DNA from: a virus
Strand: one strand, 5' to 3'
Length of the DNA stretch: 64,000 bases
IMG/VR virus record: IMGVR_UViG_3300047478_000258
Coordinates: 6,566 to 70,565 of that record
Below the pieces are notes generated by a model that saw only the letters and a list, made by a program, of their open reading frames with translations, was not told where the DNA came from and did not search any database. A program made the translations under genes and the position numbers. Shown one piece after another: positions 37,526 to 46,547 of the stretch (the stretch's first letter is position 1; the number at the start of each line of letters is the position of its first letter).

Positions 37526-38320
37526 ATGGCAATGTGGTCAACAGCTTTACGGAATTACACAAATCATCAGGGTAGTGTGAAGAATGCTCTGGCAGGTGGT
37601 AAGTTCTGCCTGTATCAGGGAACTATTCCAACAAGTGCAGATAATGCAATCGTTGGAACACTCCTAACTACCTGCACAACTGGAAGTGCAACTCTTACTC
37701 CTGCAGTAGCTCCAAGATGGACTATCGTAGGTGATGCAGATGGAACAGGTATTGTAACTATCAATGCTCTTGCTATCCATGCAGGAACAGTAGCAGCAAC
37801 TGGAACAACTGCTGGAACTCTTACAGCCATTGCAAATGCAATTAATGCTTACAATGGTCCGATTCCTTTCAGAGCATGGTCAAGTGGGACTACTCTCTAT
37901 ATTGAAGGTCCAGCTGAGTTACTTCCTGTAGCTACTACAAACGCATGGGCTATTGCAGAGAGTGGGACTATGACTATCACTTCTGCCAATACTGCTGCAG
38001 CAGCTACTGCTGGATCAAGGGCAGGTGTGGCAAGTATCAATGGTCTTCAGTTTACTGGTTCAACTGCAGGTGTTCTTTCAACTGCAGGTGTATGGAGTGG
38101 GACTAATGCAGCTACAGGAACTGCAAACTTCTTCGTATACTATGCTAATCCTACTGATGATAGTGGTGTGGCAGATGCAACTCCTTATCATTGCAGAAGG
38201 ATTATAGGTAGTTGTGGGACATATACTGGAGTAGATTATCTCATGAAATCTACATCTCTTGTAGCAGCTGCAACTCATACAGTTGACACTTCTACTCTTA
38301 CAATGGATGAGACTGAATAA
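37526..38320 (+). CDS. Virion structural protein
   Basis: STALRN...Y.G..P.SAD....GTLL pattern. Confidence 0.65.
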   Translation: MAMWSTALRNYTNHQGSVKNALAGGKFCLYQGTIPTSADNAIVGTLLTTCTTGSATLTPAVAPRWTIVGDADGTGIVTINALAIHAGTVAATGTTAGTLTAIANAINAYNGPIPFRAWSSGTTLYIEGPAELLPVATTNAWAIAESGTMTITSANTAAAATAGSRAGVASINGLQFTGSTAGVLSTAGVWSGTNAATGTANFFVYYANPTDDSGVADATPYHCRRIIGSCGTYTGVDYLMKSTSLVAAATHTVDTSTLTMDETE

Positions 38321-38532
38321 TCATGGATACTACAACAAACTTTGCTCTCAATAAACCTATATATGGAGAACTTGCGAGTATATGGACAGCAGGACTTAAT
38401 ACAAATGCTGATACCATAGATACCTATTTGGCTATGATTCCTATTGTTCACTTTGGAAGTGTGCAGATAGGAATGGCTACTAACATAGGCAATACCATTC
38501 TAACACCTGTAGTTTACTAAAGGAGATAAACT

Positions 38533-38922
38533 ATGTATGAGCTTAAAGAGTATGCAATAGCAAGAGTTGCAAGTTTGACTATTGACTTTACCAGTGTAGC
38601 TGCACAGACCCTCTATACTGTTCCGACTGGTAAGTCATTTATTCCTTGCCTTGTAGTGATTAGAAATGCTTCTGGTAACTTCAATGATGTAGTTTGCACC
38701 TTTGGAGTATCTACAGCAAAGACTGATTTCAGACCTGCAACTACATTATCAGGCATTAGTGGAACGACTAAAGCTGTTGTTCTTTACCCTAACTATAATG
38801 CCACTCCTGCAGCTGGTAGTGGTCTTATTACTGTTATGGCAGCTGGAGCATTATTCCAGATTGATATAACAACTGGTGAAGCTATGACAGGCATAGTAGA
38901 CGTATTCGGATACCTTTACTAA
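38533..38922 (+). CDS. Virion protein
   Basis: LYTVPTGK motif. Confidence 0.6.
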   Translation: MYELKEYAIARVASLTIDFTSVAAQTLYTVPTGKSFIPCLVVIRNASGNFNDVVCTFGVSTAKTDFRPATTLSGISGTTKAVVLYPNYNATPAAGSGLITVMAAGALFQIDITTGEAMTGIVDVFGYLY

Positions 38923-40731
38923 ATGGCAATTCAGTTCCGTTACAGTGGAGATAGGGATAAGGCACAGAGCCTTGTCCCTTTTGCTGTTCGGAACTTTCTT
39001 GCTGGGTTCAAACAGAGGATGGGTTTCCAGAAGTTAAAGCAGAATAAAGAAACCTATATGGATACTGAAGGTAATATTATCCAGATAACTGCTCAGAATA
39101 TAACTGGAGAGAATTATCAGGTAAGTATATTTTGTCCTATAGTATCTGGTGGTATTACTTTAATTCCTAAAGTTCTTGAACCTTACATCTTAATTCTTAC
39201 AACAGTATCTAATGGGTGGGAACAATACTCAACTTTAGATGGTGCTGGGAATAGTATTTATAAGTCTTACTTCTATACCTTTAAAGAGAAAGAATCTAAG
39301 ATAGAAATAGTTAGAACTAAAGACTATGATATTAATTATGCTTGTGGTCTTAATCTATCTATTCAAACAGGAACTCCTAAAGCATCTGAAGGTAATTGGT
39401 ATGATGATAGTTATGTTGAAGCTGCTCCTGGAATATATTCAGTTGTAGCAGATAACTGGTTTCCTTATGAAGAAGAGATAGGAGCTATTGACTGGCGTAG
39501 ATATATGAACAGTCAAGGCACAGCTCCTGATTGGAACTTAAAATGGGGTGACTATACTTACGGTAGTGAGAGAACAGGATTTGCTCAATTAATAGAAGGT
39601 GCTGATAGATCACAATATTATCCTAAAAGTTCTTTAATTAAAACACCTCATAGCCGTCATGCCTTTATTCTGCAAGATAAGAAGGTATATGCAAGATGGT
39701 TTTCTATAGGTAGGAGTAGATATGAAGCTGCTCCAGAATACCCATTAAACTTTACTTATGATACAGGTATAATTCAAAATTTCTGTGGAAGACTTGAGTA
39801 TATCAGTCCAGCAAGAGATGGATTATTTGAGTGGTATATAGAATCTGCATTACTGGCAGAAGATGGAGTAAATGATGGAGAGCGTATTAGGTCTTCTGAA
39901 ACATGGAAAGATTTACATCCAGATATCTGCGACTGGACTTATCATGTTCCTATTGTTGCAGTAAGTCCAGAAGCTGCTTTAATAAGAAAAGTTGTGGGTG
40001 ATGGAGATCAGTCAAGATGGCCTTGTGGAGATATGAATGTTAAAGAAGAACTCTTCCTCGGTAATTTAACTATTGATACTGCAGAGTATGATAGTAATAC
40101 TGAATTTACTATAGGAACATTAACAGCTGATAAAACAGTCTTAGCATTAGGATATGATTCTTGTACTTTAACTCTTTCAGGATATACTTGTCCTGAACTT
40201 TTAATAGGATGGGCAATTACTTTCCCGCCTGTAGTCCCAGGTTATGTGCATCTTGAAAGAATGGGTGATACTTGTACTTTATGGGCTGTTGGAACAGGAT
40301 GTTTAGAAATAGTTGTAACTGCATCCTGTGGTGGTTGTGGTGATGTATCCCAAGTAATTACCATTGATCCTATTGGATGGTGTATACAAGGACAGTCAGT
40401 AGTTGTATCTACCTCAGATCCAGTATATGGCTGTTCTATTTGGGGTGGCCCTTTAATAGATCAGGTATTTGCTCCTCATGGAGCTACTCAATTAGATTGG
40501 CCTGCTTTAACTGTAGGAAACTGCACAGCAGGTTGGTATTATATCTTAAGTAATGCAGGATGCTGGGATCATTATTTAACTAAAACATGGAGAGTTGATA
40601 TAGGAGGTGGATGTGCTGCTCCTCCTGATGGAGATGATTTAGGAATTGGTAAAGGAACACAAATATATACTTGTTATCGAGCATCTTGCACTCATATAGG
40701 AGCTGCATGTGATGGAAGTTGGGGAATATGA
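38923..40731 (+). CDS. Tail-associated protein with Cys-rich C-terminus
   Basis: 602-aa ORF. Confidence 0.65.
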   Translation: MAIQFRYSGDRDKAQSLVPFAVRNFLAGFKQRMGFQKLKQNKETYMDTEGNIIQITAQNITGENYQVSIFCPIVSGGITLIPKVLEPYILILTTVSNGWEQYSTLDGAGNSIYKSYFYTFKEKESKIEIVRTKDYDINYACGLNLSIQTGTPKASEGNWYDDSYVEAAPGIYSVVADNWFPYEEEIGAIDWRRYMNSQGTAPDWNLKWGDYTYGSERTGFAQLIEGADRSQYYPKSSLIKTPHSRHAFILQDKKVYARWFSIGRSRYEAAPEYPLNFTYDTGIIQNFCGRLEYISPARDGLFEWYIESALLAEDGVNDGERIRSSETWKDLHPDICDWTYHVPIVAVSPEAALIRKVVGDGDQSRWPCGDMNVKEELFLGNLTIDTAEYDSNTEFTIGTLTADKTVLALGYDSCTLTLSGYTCPELLIGWAITFPPVVPGYVHLERMGDTCTLWAVGTGCLEIVVTASCGGCGDVSQVITIDPIGWCIQGQSVVVSTSDPVYGCSIWGGPLIDQVFAPHGATQLDWPALTVGNCTAGWYYILSNAGCWDHYLTKTWRVDIGGGCAAPPDGDDLGIGKGTQIYTCYRASCTHIGAACDGSWGI

Positions 40732-41165
40732 AAATAACTAAAGAAGTGCAATACTCAAGACCAATTTTAGATATAGCTACCTACTTATCTAAACAGCAGC
40801 CTCTTGCTGCAATAGAAGGAATCAAAGCTTTCTTACTTGGTGATGTTACTTCCTTACTATCTAAAATTAAGTGGGCTAAGTCTACTACCAGACCATTTGG
40901 TGTTCCTACATTAATTATAGATAATGAGTATTGGTATCCTACAGAACCATATGATGTATCTCCTATATTGGAGGATACGTTAGTAAATAAGAAATGTTCT
41001 CTTTGTAATAACTATATGACTGCTTATGAAGTAATGATAACTTGTCCGAAAGCTAATCCTAATGGATGGAAGTCGAGACTTGAGTGTTCTAACTTAGAGT
41101 GCCTTCATGAGGAGTATTACACTAAGTATAGAAAAGAACTCATTGATGAATATGGAAAACTATAA
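40728..41165 (+). CDS. Zn-ribbon protein
   Basis: CSLC...C...CxxxxC. Confidence 0.6.
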   Translation: MKITKEVQYSRPILDIATYLSKQQPLAAIEGIKAFLLGDVTSLLSKIKWAKSTTRPFGVPTLIIDNEYWYPTEPYDVSPILEDTLVNKKCSLCNNYMTAYEVMITCPKANPNGWKSRLECSNLECLHEEYYTKYRKELIDEYGKL

Positions 41166-41641
41166 TGTCATTTACAGCAAGTGGAACAGGAAGGATAAGG
41201 GTAATAGGGTTTGATAACTATGATGGTGAAAATAACTTTATTGTCGCTTGGAAGAAGAATACATATAAAGATGATGGAACAGTTGATAGTATTGAAACTA
41301 AACTTACTTATAGGATTACAACAACTGATGCAGAAGGTAATTCAGAAACTAAGGAGACCACAACTACTCTTCCAGAGGACACCTATAATTTCTCTTGTGC
41401 TATTACTTATCCCTACATGGTTTATACTTATAGTGATGGCAGTAGGACTATTGGAACTATTGAAAATAGAACACTTGTTGTTATCAATGTTAAAACAGGT
41501 GCAACTGGAACATTTGAGAATGAGCAGTTATTAATGACTACAAATGATCAGCCTGATTTAACATATGAAGGTTATGAAAGATATAGAACTCTTGTAGCTT
41601 GTGGTATAAAGGAAGGTGATATAGATGGCTTGGAACGGTAG
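41165..41641 (+). CDS. Hypothetical protein
   Basis: 158-aa ORF, translationally coupled. Confidence 0.6.
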   Translation: MSFTASGTGRIRVIGFDNYDGENNFIVAWKKNTYKDDGTVDSIETKLTYRITTTDAEGNSETKETTTTLPEDTYNFSCAITYPYMVYTYSDGSRTIGTIENRTLVVINVKTGATGTFENEQLLMTTNDQPDLTYEGYERYRTLVACGIKEGDIDGLER

Positions 41642-42632
41642 TTTAGAAGACTGGGGCAGGAATGCTTGGGGACTTGAAGGAGTAGAAGAAAACTACTTTA
41701 ACTTAACTATTCCTAAGCGTAGAGTATCCTTTGTTACAGAAACATCTTCTGGAGTATTTAACTTAAAGAAGCCAAAGATAGTTTTCAATATTAACCATGC
41801 CAGTAGCTTTAATTTAACAATTCCTCATAGGGTTTTTGCACTTACAGATGCCTCTAATGGTGTTTTCAATCTGTCTATTCCCAAGAGAGTCTTCTCACTA
41901 CAACAGGCAGGTCTTCTCAATGGCACTTTTGGTCTTACTATACCTAAGAGAAGGATTAGATTAGTAGAAGGAATCCCTAATAGTGGAGTATTTAACCTTA
42001 CTATTCCTCACAGGATCTTCGAGTTTAGTGGAGCAAGTAGCACAAGTGGAGTCTTTACTATTCATGTTCCTAAAAGAAGGTTCAACCTTACTGATAGAGC
42101 AACTGCAGGAACTGGTGGTATTACTGAATCTACTCCAGACTGGACTCCTGATTTCTATACAGATACCCTTACATTGGTTATGAATACAGATACTTTGGAT
42201 AGCCCAGTGACCTATAGCAACTGGGACTGGAATAGCATAATACAGATCAATGGTATAACATATGTATGTGATTCTACAGGATTATACCAAGTTGGAGGGA
42301 CTTTGGATAAGGGAACTACCCATATCTCCTCTTACTTTGTGATTCCTGACACAGATTTGGGATCTCCAAGTCTAAAAACTGTAACAGATATCTATTTAGG
42401 AGTAAAGGGAGGACCAGTAGGAGTGAAAACATTCCATGATGAAACCTATAGTCTTCCTGACTCAGCCTTTAGTACCTCTGGGGAGATCAAAACCAAGAGA
42501 CTATCATTTAGTAAGGGTATGAAACAGAGATACTGGGGAGTAAGAGTAGAGAATGTAGATGGTAGTGACTTTAAAATAGACTCTTTAGAACTATCTGGTA
42601 ACTCTTTTATCAGAAAGATTAACCAGAGATAG
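41625..42632 (+). CDS. Tail protein with FNLTIPKR repeats
   Basis: About seven FNL.IP.R.F units; C-terminal D.G....K...IYLG...RYW. Confidence 0.65.
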   Translation: MAWNGSLEDWGRNAWGLEGVEENYFNLTIPKRRVSFVTETSSGVFNLKKPKIVFNINHASSFNLTIPHRVFALTDASNGVFNLSIPKRVFSLQQAGLLNGTFGLTIPKRRIRLVEGIPNSGVFNLTIPHRIFEFSGASSTSGVFTIHVPKRRFNLTDRATAGTGGITESTPDWTPDFYTDTLTLVMNTDTLDSPVTYSNWDWNSIIQINGITYVCDSTGLYQVGGTLDKGTTHISSYFVIPDTDLGSPSLKTVTDIYLGVKGGPVGVKTFHDETYSLPDSAFSTSGEIKTKRLSFSKGMKQRYWGVRVENVDGSDFKIDSLELSGNSFIRKINQR

Positions 42633-42641
42633 GAGACAATT

Positions 42642-43934
42642 ATGGGTACTTTTCCACATGAGATAGTTCCTTCAACCCCTCATTTAACAGGGTATGCTAC
42701 AGATCCTGCTCCTTTCGTTGCAGCGAAAGCCCTTGAGAACACTGCCTTCGCTACTGATGCAGTAGCTATAGCTAACCAGTTTCTTTTGGATTGGTTGGCT
42801 TATCTTAAGACAATAACTGCTTTGGATACTACTATTACAGTTGATCCAATCAATACAACAGTAATAGTAGACCCGATTGATACTACTATTACTCCTACAG
42901 ATATCAATACAGATATAGGTATTGACCCTTTAGAGCTCATTGCAAAGATGCCTATTAGCCCCATTAAAGACTCAGATTATAACATTACTATCCCAGATGA
43001 GCTCCTCTGGATGTTCCAGAACGATAAGTTCTCAAGTACTCTTTTGGAGCAGATTAAAATCAGTCTTAACTATATTATCCTAAATGGTATCTCTATCCTT
43101 CCTAAACTTGAAACTGCTATCTATGATAGGGAAACTGAAAGAAATACTCTTGCCAATAATGATGCTAAGGAAAAAATAGCAGATGAGTGGGCTAAGAGAG
43201 GATTTGAACTCCCTGGGGTTGGATTATTTAACATGATGTCTCAGGTAGATATTGAATACCAGAACAAAAGACTGGATAAGGCAAGAGCTGTCGTGGAAGA
43301 GATGAGGAAGATGGAACTTCAGATGGAGCAGTTTGCCCTTGAAAATGGCAATAAGACAGTAGCTGTAGACCATGAAACTCACAAAGCTTATTATGATAGA
43401 AGCCTTGAAGCCAATAAAGCGATAGTTAACTATGGACTTGCCATAGCAGAAACACAGGTTAAGGTTCTTGTAGCAAAGGTGCAAGCTTGGGGAGAGGATA
43501 TCAAAGCTTATGCAACACAGGCAGATATCTATAAGACTGCAGCTAACATTGCTTCTACCGAAATTGAGTCAGAAGTTAAAGTATATACTGCAAATATGCA
43601 GGGAGAGATAGCGGAAATCAACGGGAATGTAGAGGAAGGTAAGCTAAAAGTAATGGGCAGGACTGCTGAACTTGATGCTAAGGTTAAAGACCAGGCTGAG
43701 AGAGTTACTGCTCAAATAGCTGAACTTGATGCACAGACTAAGTGGCTTGCCATGAAGTATGGCTATGATACAGATTACTTCAAGGTTCTCTCTGGTATTG
43801 AATCACAGATAGCTGCAAGTGCTCTTTCCGCTTTCCATGCAAGTGCTGCACTTTCATCTTCTTCCAGCTTTGGTATTAGTAATCAGCTTCAAGTTAGTGA
43901 GAACTTTAATCACAGCCAGACAGTGAGCACTTAA
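42642..43934 (+). CDS. Putative internal virion/ejection protein
   Basis: WAKRGFELP motif, Ala-rich helical C-terminal half. Confidence 0.6.
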   Translation: MGTFPHEIVPSTPHLTGYATDPAPFVAAKALENTAFATDAVAIANQFLLDWLAYLKTITALDTTITVDPINTTVIVDPIDTTITPTDINTDIGIDPLELIAKMPISPIKDSDYNITIPDELLWMFQNDKFSSTLLEQIKISLNYIILNGISILPKLETAIYDRETERNTLANNDAKEKIADEWAKRGFELPGVGLFNMMSQVDIEYQNKRLDKARAVVEEMRKMELQMEQFALENGNKTVAVDHETHKAYYDRSLEANKAIVNYGLAIAETQVKVLVAKVQAWGEDIKAYATQADIYKTAANIASTEIESEVKVYTANMQGEIAEINGNVEEGKLKVMGRTAELDAKVKDQAERVTAQIAELDAQTKWLAMKYGYDTDYFKVLSGIESQIAASALSAFHASAALSSSSSFGISNQLQVSENFNHSQTVST

Positions 43935-43948
43935 TGAAAACGTTTTCA
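43935..43948. repeat. TGAAAACGTTTTCA palindrome 15
   Basis: Between TAA and GGAGGT RBS. Confidence 0.95.
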
Positions 43949-43960
43949 GGAGGTAGATAG

Positions 43961-44536
43961 ATGGGATTAGGCAATAGTGGGTGGGAGAGCCCAGAACAAG
44001 CTGATTATAATGCTACCTCTGGGATTTTAACTAATAATGACAGAGCATTAGCTCCCACTTCAGCTATCCCTACTACTGAAGCTACTCCTCCTATATACAG
44101 AAATAGTGCATTAGGAGGAACTTTAAATGGAGCTATTCCTCCATTAGCACAAGATCCAAATAGTACAGGGAATACTCCCCCAGGAGATACAAGATCCTCT
44201 GCAATTTCCCCTACTACTCAAACTTCTTTTACTGATTCTGACCTATCTAAGTATGGAGATAAACCAGTAGAGGATACTGATCCTAATGCAAGAAACTGGG
44301 TTGGACCCTCTGGTAATGATGTATGGAAAGGATCTACGGCTGCTATCCCTACTGCTACCCCGCAGTTTATGGCTAATAATTTTAGCAATACTACTACAGC
44401 TACTGTTCCTAATAACTTTAATCCAGTAACAGCTCCTGATTTAGCTAAGGCAGAAGATACCAGAGTAGGCTATATGGGTAATTTATTAAGCCAACTTAGA
44501 AAAAATGTTTTAAATAAAGAGTATAAAGTAAAGTGA
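43961..44536 (+). CDS. Disordered P/T/N-rich protein (putative ejection protein)
   Basis: Flanked on both sides by the palindrome; GGAGGT RBS. Confidence 0.65.
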   Translation: MGLGNSGWESPEQADYNATSGILTNNDRALAPTSAIPTTEATPPIYRNSALGGTLNGAIPPLAQDPNSTGNTPPGDTRSSAISPTTQTSFTDSDLSKYGDKPVEDTDPNARNWVGPSGNDVWKGSTAAIPTATPQFMANNFSNTTTATVPNNFNPVTAPDLAKAEDTRVGYMGNLLSQLRKNVLNKEYKVK

Positions 44537-44547
44537 AAACGTTTTCA
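44534..44547. repeat. TGAAAACGTTTTCA palindrome 16
   Basis: Begins with stop; precedes RBS. Confidence 0.95.
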
Positions 44548-44561
44548 GAAGGAGTAATAAA

Positions 44562-46547
44562 ATGCCACCTATTAAATACAATTTAGAGAATGACCCTGCT
44601 TACAAACAGAGAGTAGCCAACCAAGCTATTAATAGAGAACAAATGGCTGCTAACTATGATAAGTTTGCAGCAGAAAAGAGAGGAGTAGCTAATCAACCTT
44701 CTGGTATTGACCCTGCTAAAACTGAATTTGATACTCATAGTAAGTATATAAAAGAGCAAAGAGCTGGAGTAGCAGCAGAAAGACAAGCTATTGCTACTAG
44801 GAGAAATTCTCCTGCTGGCAATATACCTCCTGATTACAAAAGCACTTGGGCAACTGAAGTAGGTCTGGAGAAAGAAGGAAATAGATTAAAGAAGGCATCT
44901 TCTTTTACAGAGAATATTGGTAAGGGTATTGAGAATAGGAATAAACCTATAGTAGAAGGTCTTAGAAATTCTCCTAAACAGGCAGCTCCCCCTACTCAAG
45001 CAATACCTCAAAAATGGCAAGGACCAGTAAAATATAATCCAAATGATGTTATGCAAGGACCAGTAAAATCTACTCAATGGCAAGGTCCAATAAAATATAA
45101 ATCAGGAGAAAGACTGGGACCTAGATTAGCAGACAAATTTTCTGCTTCAAATCCTGTAAGTGCAGTAAGTGAAGCACCCACAGGATTTGGTGACTTACCT
45201 GGGAAAGCTCAGAAATCTATTCCTATGGGAGAAAAGATTGCAAGAGGTGTAAAAACTGCTTGGAATAGCCCTGTTGCACAAGGAGTTAGAAAAGTAGCTG
45301 GCCCTTTAGGGGTAGCAATGACTGGAGCAGATATATTAACTGAAGGGGTAGTTCCTATTGGTGGGGCTATGTCTGACGCAGCATATGCAGGTCCACAGGC
45401 TATAAACTCTACCCAACCTGGTTCTACAATGGGGGTCTTTAGAGCTCCAAGAGGAGCATCTCAGGCTCAGACTCTTATCCCTCAAGGTGGTTATAGAGAT
45501 AATACTGCAGATATACCTAACCAAGCTATACAGACAGGAGTAAGTCATGGTCAAGTTCCTCCTACAGGATTACCTCCTACAACTCCTCCTCCAGGAGCTC
45601 CTCTTCCTGCTGGAGTTGTGCCTGGTTCTGCTGCTGCTGCAGCAGCGGCTGCTACTCCACAGAGTAACCCTAATGTGCTGGATCAGTCAAATCCAAATAG
45701 TAGTACTTCTGGGTTTGAAAGGGGAAACCCTGCTCATAATTCTGTTCTTAACCAAAGAGCAGATATGCAGAGGAGTGCCATACAAGATGAAGTAGCAGGA
45801 AGACCTTCTTACTACCAACCTTCTATGGGATCTAATATAGATTCTACTTTCCAGGACAACGCTAACAGAGCTATGAATATGCGTCTTAATCTCATGTCAG
45901 ATCTGCAGAGCAGACTTACAGGATTTCAGGATAAACAAAGTAAGGATGATTTTGGAGCAGGTATGGGAGGTGCTTTTGCAAGAGGAGCTAACAGAAGAGC
46001 TATTGATAACATCCTTGGCTCTTTAGGTCAGATGCAGAATATAGGGCAGGAGTTGGAAGCAGGACAGAGAAATGCCATAACAGAACAAAGTAACTTTGCT
46101 AATCAGTCTGATGCACAGAATAGAACAGGTATTATGGGTGGGGAACTTGCTCTTAGAGGGCAGAAGCAGGCATTTGAACAGGGTCCTGAATTTGCTGAAA
46201 AGCAAAGAGTAGCAGACCAGAATTCTGCTATTAACATGGAGCATTATAGATCAGCTTCTGAAGATAGAAAACTTGGATATGCTAATGCTGCAGCTATGAG
46301 ACAAGATGCTTTAGATTCTGCAGAATCTAGAAAAGCAAGTGATAACGCTCTTAAAGAGATAACTCTTGATAAGGATAATCAGTTAAGGAAGTTCATAGCT
46401 GCCAGAAAATTGAAGCCTGGAACTCCCGAAGCTGACGGTGAAATTGCTAAGTTTGCTCAAGACTATGAAGATTCTATTTATCAAAAACATTTAGGAAGAG
46501 TAAAAACCCTTAAGGGAACAGGAAATAAATCTGCTGGGGAACAATAA
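44562..46547 (+). CDS. Putative DNA ejection/internal core protein
   Basis: 661-aa low-complexity Q/G/A/P protein; QGPVK x3. Confidence 0.65.
   Translation: MPPIKYNLENDPAYKQRVANQAINREQMAANYDKFAAEKRGVANQPSGIDPAKTEFDTHSKYIKEQRAGVAAERQAIATRRNSPAGNIPPDYKSTWATEVGLEKEGNRLKKASSFTENIGKGIENRNKPIVEGLRNSPKQAAPPTQAIPQKWQGPVKYNPNDVMQGPVKSTQWQGPIKYKSGERLGPRLADKFSASNPVSAVSEAPTGFGDLPGKAQKSIPMGEKIARGVKTAWNSPVAQGVRKVAGPLGVAMTGADILTEGVVPIGGAMSDAAYAGPQAINSTQPGSTMGVFRAPRGASQAQTLIPQGGYRDNTADIPNQAIQTGVSHGQVPPTGLPPTTPPPGAPLPAGVVPGSAAAAAAAATPQSNPNVLDQSNPNSSTSGFERGNPAHNSVLNQRADMQRSAIQDEVAGRPSYYQPSMGSNIDSTFQDNANRAMNMRLNLMSDLQSRLTGFQDKQSKDDFGAGMGGAFARGANRRAIDNILGSLGQMQNIGQELEAGQRNAITEQSNFANQSDAQNRTGIMGGELALRGQKQAFEQGPEFAEKQRVADQNSAINMEHYRSASEDRKLGYANAAAMRQDALDSAESRKASDNALKEITLDKDNQLRKFIAARKLKPGTPEADGEIAKFAQDYEDSIYQKHLGRVKTLKGTGNKSAGEQ

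Noticed and set aside
27674-41641. Diversity-generating retroelement targeting tail genes
   Set aside because: No reverse transcriptase and no TR/VR pair differing only at adenines
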